From assembly GCA_965262785.1 (NCBI GenBank), contig OZ253559.1:2158597-2222596 (forward strand): DNA of 64,000 nt. Direction: 5' to 3'. The stretch's first letter is position 1. The number at the start of each line of letters is the position of its first letter. Positions 58,871 to 64,000 of the stretch are shown in pieces. Position numbers and translations under genes: made by a program. This DNA is from Rhodothermales bacterium (GTDB lineage Bacteria; Bacteroidota; Rhodothermia; Rhodothermales; Bin80). Below the pieces are notes generated by a model. That model ran no database searches and was not told the origin of the DNA. It was given only the letters and a program-made list of their open reading frames with translations.

Positions 58871-58899
58871 AGGGGGGCTCGACGGGCCACCCTTTTTTG
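58871..58899 (+). terminator. Intrinsic terminator 1 in the rimP leader
   Basis: GC-rich bulged stem (GGGGGGCUCG / CGGGCCACCC) followed by TTTTTT (58894-58899). Confidence 0.6.
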
Positions 58900-58923
58900 T
58901 TGGGCTTATTGCAGGATGCACCA

Positions 58924-58957
58924 CGCCCGTCGCGCAAGTCGAGGCCGGGCGTTTTTT
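58924..58957 (+). terminator. Intrinsic terminator 2 in the rimP leader, 17 nt before the rimP ATG
   Basis: CGCCCG ... CGGGCG stem (plus an inner TCG/CGA pairing) followed by TTTTTT (58952-58957). Confidence 0.65.
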
Positions 58958-58973
58958 GACATCTACAGCTAGC

Positions 58974-59441
58974 ATGCCAATTGCGCTAGATACACTGCAG
59001 GACCGTGTGACTGCCTTGGTGCAGGGTGTCCTTGACGGAGGCCCGTGCTTTGCGGTCGAGATCGTCGTTCGAGGCAGTATGGGCTCGCACGCAATTGATG
59101 TCTTTGTTGAAAGCGATGCGGTGCTGGATGTGCAAACTTTGGCAAAGATCAGCCGTGAAATTGGCTTCGGACTAGGTTCGGAAGACGTCATGCCGGGTCC
59201 CTATACACTAAATGTGTCTTCGCCCGGTACAGACCGCCCGCTGCGCTTGCCCCGACAGTATCGCAAGATGGTCGGACGAGCATTGCGGGTGCACTACCGG
59301 TTGCCAGACAGCAAATACACTGAAGTGGTAGGCACGCTGGAGGAAGTAGATGTAGATGGGATCACCGTCGCGGCATGCAAATCGCCCCTTAGCATCCAAT
59401 TCAGCGATATTCTGTGGGCTAAGGTGCAGCTGCCGTGGTAA
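58974..59441 (+). CDS. rimP: Ribosome maturation factor RimP
   Basis: I take the start as ATG 58974 (MPIALDTLQDRV). RimP motifs (LNVSSPGTDRPL) and position ahead of nusA-infB. Confidence 0.85.
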   Translation: MPIALDTLQDRVTALVQGVLDGGPCFAVEIVVRGSMGSHAIDVFVESDAVLDVQTLAKISREIGFGLGSEDVMPGPYTLNVSSPGTDRPLRLPRQYRKMVGRALRVHYRLPDSKYTEVVGTLEEVDVDGITVAACKSPLSIQFSDILWAKVQLPW

Positions 59442-59463
59442 GCAGGTTGAATAGGTAGACGCT

Positions 59464-60735
59464 ATGCAAAGCACGGACCTTGTTTCCTCATTCGCGGCAA
59501 TCGCGCGCGACAAGGATATAGACCGGGACCGACTCCAGCTTATCGTGGAGGACGTGTTCCGCGCGATGATTCGCAAACGGTATGGATCCGATGAGGCCTT
59601 CGAGATAATTCTCAACCCGGACCATGGGGACATTCAGATCCTGCACATCAGGGAAGTGGTGGATGACTACGATTTGGAAGATCCGGTCACACAGATTGAA
59701 GTCAAAGAAGCTCTTTTGATCGATGAAGATGTCGAGGTGGAAGACGACGTGGCGGAAGAGATTTCTCTCAAAATGTTTGGGCGGCGGGCCGTCGCTATGG
59801 CGCGCCAGAATCTGCGTCAACGCATTCGGGACATCGAGAAGGAGAATATTTTTGAGGAATATTCAGATAGGATTGGCGAAATCGTAGTGGGCGAGGTGTA
59901 CCAGCATCGTCGGCGCGAGGTGTTGGTTATGCACAACCGTGTAGAGCTAATTCTACCACGTGAAGAGCAGATTCCGCGGGATCGCTACCGCAAGGGCGAC
60001 ATGCTCCGGGCCATCGTGAAAGACGTTCGCAGAGACGCAGGCAGTAACGTGCACGTCATCATCAGCCGGGCTGATCCGAATTTGATGGAGCGCCTTTTTG
60101 AGCTTGAGGTACCGGAGATAGACGAAGGGGAGGTGGAAATCAAGCGCATCCTTCGCGAGCCTGGGGATCGTGCCAAAGTCGCAGTGATTAGCCATGATGA
60201 TCGCATAGACCCCGTTGGTGCCTGCGTTGGGCTTAAGGGTAACCGCATTCACGCTGTGGTACGCGAACTCAGCAACGAGAACATTGATGTCCTGGAATGG
60301 GCAGACGATCCCTATACGCTGATAAAGCGGGCACTGTCTCCAGCCAACCCTATCTCGATCACTCTCAATGAGGATCTTGACCCGCCACGTGCGAAGGCGA
60401 TCGTAAGGGCGGACGAGGTGAGTCAAGCCATCGGCAAAGGCGGCATCAACATCCGGCTGGCCTCGCGAATGTCGGGTTATGAGATCGACGTCTACCGTGA
60501 GATTCCGCCGGATGAGGAAGACATCGAGATTGGCGAATTTGACGACGAATTCGATGAGGATACTCTTCGTAAGTTGAAGGATATTGGCTGCGACACCGCC
60601 AAGGCCGTGATGGAGCTTTCCAGTGACGAGCTGATTCGGCGAAGCGGCCTTGAACCCGAAGTTGCGCGGATGGTAATGACTGTCATCAAGGCGGAGTTTG
60701 AGGTCGAGGTTGAAGAGGAGGAAATCGAAGCTTAG
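59464..60735 (+). CDS. nusA: Transcription termination/antitermination factor NusA
   Basis: N-terminal domain, S1, KH1/KH2 (DPVGACVGLKGNRI, QAIGKGGINIRLA), and an acidic C-terminal tail. Confidence 0.92.
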   Translation: MQSTDLVSSFAAIARDKDIDRDRLQLIVEDVFRAMIRKRYGSDEAFEIILNPDHGDIQILHIREVVDDYDLEDPVTQIEVKEALLIDEDVEVEDDVAEEISLKMFGRRAVAMARQNLRQRIRDIEKENIFEEYSDRIGEIVVGEVYQHRRREVLVMHNRVELILPREEQIPRDRYRKGDMLRAIVKDVRRDAGSNVHVIISRADPNLMERLFELEVPEIDEGEVEIKRILREPGDRAKVAVISHDDRIDPVGACVGLKGNRIHAVVRELSNENIDVLEWADDPYTLIKRALSPANPISITLNEDLDPPRAKAIVRADEVSQAIGKGGINIRLASRMSGYEIDVYREIPPDEEDIEIGEFDDEFDEDTLRKLKDIGCDTAKAVMELSSDELIRRSGLEPEVARMVMTVIKAEFEVEVEEEEIEA

Positions 60736-60773
60736 CCCGTACGGCGCATCCAGTACCCACGACGACGGCGTTT

Positions 60774-63653
60774 ATGGCCACATCGGCAAAGTCATTCAAG
60801 AAGAAGCGGCTCTTCAAGGTAGCCAGAGAGCTGAATATCCAGACCGCTCACATTGAGTCCTTCCTCAATGAATGTGGGCATGGTGATGCGCTGACGGGCT
60901 CCGGGATTATGGCCTCCATCACTACCGAGGATGCGTACAATGCGTTGTTGGACCGATTCAGGAGTGACAAAGCCACTGCGGCACGTGTAGAGAAGCTTAG
61001 AGAAGAGCAGCAGGCACGCACGGCCGAACTTGCAGACACTACGGGCGACTCAGCACCTGTCGTGATTGCAGATGTGGAGCCGGTTGTGCCACCGGTTCAG
61101 CCGTCGCCAATCACAGTTGAGCCCGAAGATAAGCAGGCCGGGCCGACCTTGGAGGAAGTCATTCCCCCGCCACCTGACGAGGCGGAGCCGCCGGGCGCGC
61201 TGGATCAGCCACCTGAACCGGTGGAGGAGGTGGCGCCGGAAACTGCGGCTGACGTCGCGCACACCCCTTTGGCGGAGCCGCCGATTGAGGAGCCAGCAGA
61301 AACTGAGGCCGAGACACCAGAGATTACGCCGCTGGAGCCGGAGGCACAGGTATCTGCGAGCGAGGAGTCTTTAAGCAAGTTGCCTGACGCTGTACCACCT
61401 GCAGATGTACCGCCGACAGGTGAGCTACCGGCGTCAGGTGAGGAGCCGCATACGGAGGCATCCGAACAAGCTGAGATAGAGCGGGAAGAAGGTGTCGAAG
61501 CGCCCAAAGGCGAGGGAGTCATAAAGGCGGCGGATAGGGTTAAGCTCCAGGGCACGACGATCATCGGGAAGCTGGATCTGAAATCCGTAGAAGAGAATAA
61601 GCCTGCAGCTGCCGAACGACCCAAGCGCAAGCGCAAGCGTAAAGGGACCAAAGTGGCCGCGCCAGCAGCCGCGTCCGGATCGAAGACAAAAGCCGATGCC
61701 ACTCCCCAGCGCAAGAAGTCCAAAAAGCGCGGCAGGACTGCGGTCAAATCAGATGCTGTTGATCAGACCGTCCAGGATACGCTGCGTACGGTCGAACGTG
61801 GCTCATCGCGTGTCAGGCAGCGCCGACGGCGGGCGCGCCGCCAGCAGCGTGCCGATGAGCGCATGCACGAGCGCAAGGAAAGAGCAGAGCAGGAACAGAA
61901 GGTGCGCGTGACGGAATTCGTCTCTACCGGCGAGCTCGCGGACCTCATGGGCATCTCCGTCACTGACATCATCAGCATGCTCTTCAATGCAGGCATGATG
62001 GTATCGATCAACCAACGACTGGACGCGGACACGATTTCCTTTGTGGCTGATGAGTTCGAGTTTGAGGTTGAATTCATCACCGACTTCGGCACAGAAGACA
62101 TTGAGCTTGAGGAAGATGATGATCCGGCTGATCTCCTGCCGCGAGCGCCGGTCGTCACGGTTATGGGTCACGTCGACCACGGCAAGACGTCGCTATTGGA
62201 TTTCATCCGCCGCGCCAGCGTTGCGGTTGGAGAATCCGGGGGCATCACACAGCATATTGGTGCTTACAAGGTTAAGCTGGATGGGGGTCGCATAGTGACT
62301 TTCCTGGACACTCCGGGCCATGAAGCCTTTACTGCCATGCGTGCGCGTGGCGCTAAGGTGACCGATGTAGTCATCCTGGTAGTGGCGGCAGACGACGCGG
62401 TCATGCCGCAGACCATAGAAGCCATCAACCATGCGCGGGCCGCCGAGGTATCGATTATTGTGGCGGTCAACAAAATCGACTTGGTTGACGCCAACCCGCA
62501 GCGCGTGATGCAGCAGCTGTCGGAATATGGCGTATTGGTAGAGCAGTATGGCGGCCAAGTGCAGTGTGCGCACGTCTCTGCAAAGTCTGGCCAAGGCGTG
62601 GAAGACCTGCTGGAAAAAGTGCTCCTGGAGGCTGACATTCTTGAGCTGAAGGCGAATCCAGCTCGCCGTGCCCAAGGCATCGTGATAGAGAGTCGCCTTG
62701 ACCGCGGCCGAGGAAATATCGCTACCGTTCTGGTGCAGAATGGCACATTGCGCGTGGGGGATCCATTTGTTGCAGGGATCTACGGGGGGCGCGTTCGTGC
62801 GATGTTTAATGAGTTGGATGCCCGAATCACCGAGGTGGGGCCATCAGAACCGGCACTGGTGCTTGGTCTGCCAGGTCAGCCCACCGTCGGAGACCAATTC
62901 ATTGGTGTTGAAGATGCGGACGAAGCAAAAGAGATTGCCCAGAGACGGCAGCAGATCTGGAGGGAGCAGAAACTGCGTCAATACAAGCATGTGCGCCTGG
63001 AGGATATCGGGCGTCGCATGGCGCTGGGTGACTTCAGCGAGCTTAACCTCATCATCAAGGCTGATGTGGGCGGCTCAGTCGAAGCCATCAGCGACTCCCT
63101 GTTGAAACTCTCGACGGACGAGGTGGCGGTCAACATTATTCATTCGGGCGTGGGAGCCATCAACGAGAGCGACGTGATGCTGGCGTCCGCGTCAGATGCG
63201 GTCATCATTGGATTTCAGGTGCGTCCCACCCTTGGTGCGCGCAGCGCCAGCGAGCGAGAAGAGATCGACATCCATACGTATTCGATCATCTACGACGCCA
63301 TAGAAGATGTTCGCGACGCGCTTGAAGGGTTGCTGCAGCCTGAAGAGATCGAAAAGGTCACTGCCGTCGTTGAGGTGCGCGACCTCTTCAAAGTACCGAA
63401 AGTAGGTACGATAGCGGGCTGCTACGTCAGTGAGGGCAAGGTGCGGCGCAGTGGCACTTTGCGCATCCTACGGGAGAGTATCGTCATATACAACGGCAAA
63501 ATATCCTCTTTGCGTCGGTTCAAGGAGGATGTTCGCGAGGTAGCCAGCGGCTACGAGTGTGGCATCGGGATCGAGAACTACAATGACCTGAAGGTTGGTG
63601 ATCAGTTTGAGGTCTATGAAATCGTTGAAACGAAGCGGACTCTGGACTCATAG
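60774..63653 (+). CDS. infB: Translation initiation factor IF-2
   Basis: GTPase core (VTVMGHVDHGKTSLLD, DTPGHEAF, NKID), C-terminal domains, and a long Pro/Glu/Ala-rich N-terminal region. Confidence 0.93.
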   Translation: MATSAKSFKKKRLFKVARELNIQTAHIESFLNECGHGDALTGSGIMASITTEDAYNALLDRFRSDKATAARVEKLREEQQARTAELADTTGDSAPVVIADVEPVVPPVQPSPITVEPEDKQAGPTLEEVIPPPPDEAEPPGALDQPPEPVEEVAPETAADVAHTPLAEPPIEEPAETEAETPEITPLEPEAQVSASEESLSKLPDAVPPADVPPTGELPASGEEPHTEASEQAEIEREEGVEAPKGEGVIKAADRVKLQGTTIIGKLDLKSVEENKPAAAERPKRKRKRKGTKVAAPAAASGSKTKADATPQRKKSKKRGRTAVKSDAVDQTVQDTLRTVERGSSRVRQRRRRARRQQRADERMHERKERAEQEQKVRVTEFVSTGELADLMGISVTDIISMLFNAGMMVSINQRLDADTISFVADEFEFEVEFITDFGTEDIELEEDDDPADLLPRAPVVTVMGHVDHGKTSLLDFIRRASVAVGESGGITQHIGAYKVKLDGGRIVTFLDTPGHEAFTAMRARGAKVTDVVILVVAADDAVMPQTIEAINHARAAEVSIIVAVNKIDLVDANPQRVMQQLSEYGVLVEQYGGQVQCAHVSAKSGQGVEDLLEKVLLEADILELKANPARRAQGIVIESRLDRGRGNIATVLVQNGTLRVGDPFVAGIYGGRVRAMFNELDARITEVGPSEPALVLGLPGQPTVGDQFIGVEDADEAKEIAQRRQQIWREQKLRQYKHVRLEDIGRRMALGDFSELNLIIKADVGGSVEAISDSLLKLSTDEVAVNIIHSGVGAINESDVMLASASDAVIIGFQVRPTLGARSASEREEIDIHTYSIIYDAIEDVRDALEGLLQPEEIEKVTAVVEVRDLFKVPKVGTIAGCYVSEGKVRRSGTLRILRESIVIYNGKISSLRRFKEDVREVASGYECGIGIENYNDLKVGDQFEVYEIVETKRTLDS

Positions 63654-63664
63654 TGAGCGTTCGT

Positions 63665-64000
63665 ATGCAGCGCGTTGCGAAACTATTGCAGCGCGAAATA
63701 GCCGTCATTCTTGCGCGTGAGTTGCCTCAGGAGCTCATGCTGACTGTCACCGGTGCACGCGTGACAAAGGACCTCAGCATTACCTATGTCTATGTAAGCG
63801 TGATGGGGGCCACGGCTGAGCAGCGTCAGGAGGCCTTGGCGAATCTTCAGGACCAGGTGCCAAGGATCAGGGAGGCGCTGGCACAGCGCATTCGGCATCA
63901 ATTGCGCAGAGTACCCGAGATCCAGTTTTTCTTGGATGAGTCGTTTCAGAATGCTTCAAAGATGGAGTCTATTTTTGAAACGATTCGAGAGGAGCGGGCG
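63665..64000 (+). CDS. rbfA: Ribosome-binding factor A (3' end beyond the window)
   Basis: MQRVAKLLQREIAVIL... and ...VPEIQFFLDES. Open to the window end. Not in the ORF track because it is unterminated. An alternative GTG start lies at 63653. Confidence 0.85.
   Translation, partial: MQRVAKLLQREIAVILARELPQELMLTVTGARVTKDLSITYVYVSVMGATAEQRQEALANLQDQVPRIREALAQRIRHQLRRVPEIQFFLDESFQNASKMESIFETIREERA

Noticed and set aside
58873-58893. GGGGGGCTCGACGGGCC resembles the 5' end of tmRNA (GGGG...UCGACGGG)
   Set aside because: A tmRNA starting here would run through the well-supported rimP coding region. The segment is better explained as the stem of a terminator followed by T6.

Overview
GC-rich bacterial chromosomal window (GC judged by eye, not computed).

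The conserved backbone, in order, is:
- part of a myo-inositol catabolic cluster (iolD, a sugar ABC transporter, iolA/mmsA)
- an orphan Cys-rich repeat gene
- gpsA
- a type IIA topoisomerase pair (parC-parE-like)
- a PLP decarboxylase and an EamA transporter
- a MoxR ATPase preceded by three SurA/PpiC-type chaperone genes
- an ECF sigma/anti-sigma pair
- gltX, and glnS carrying a GatB/YqeY-type tail
- the methylmalonyl-CoA mutase operon (mutA-mutB-meaB)
- a SpoU methyltransferase, then cmk-rpsA
- an ALDH7-type dehydrogenase plus an aminotransferase
- prfB (classical +1 frameshift site) and nadB
- rimP-nusA-infB-rbfA

Two mobilome islands interrupt this backbone.

Island 1 (about 12.67-24.3 kb) holds:
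- an IS1380-family element whose transposase has an in-frame TGA
- a lower-GC two-gene module (HNH-domain protein plus minimal nucleotidyltransferase), cleanly split by an intact 2.6-kb Tn5-like IS whose transposase has a long DUF4338/DruA-like N-terminal domain
- an intact 3.36-kb IS1595-family transposon carrying an M.EcoRI-like methyltransferase, a DUF262/HNH nuclease and a small ORF
- a decayed solo istB

Island 2 (about 52.5-57.85 kb) holds:
- an IS1634-family element nested in an IS110-family remnant
- a decayed higBA pair
- an ISNCY-like IS

I recognised no rRNA, tRNA or CRISPR array. All family assignments come from reading motifs in the translations. No database search was run.
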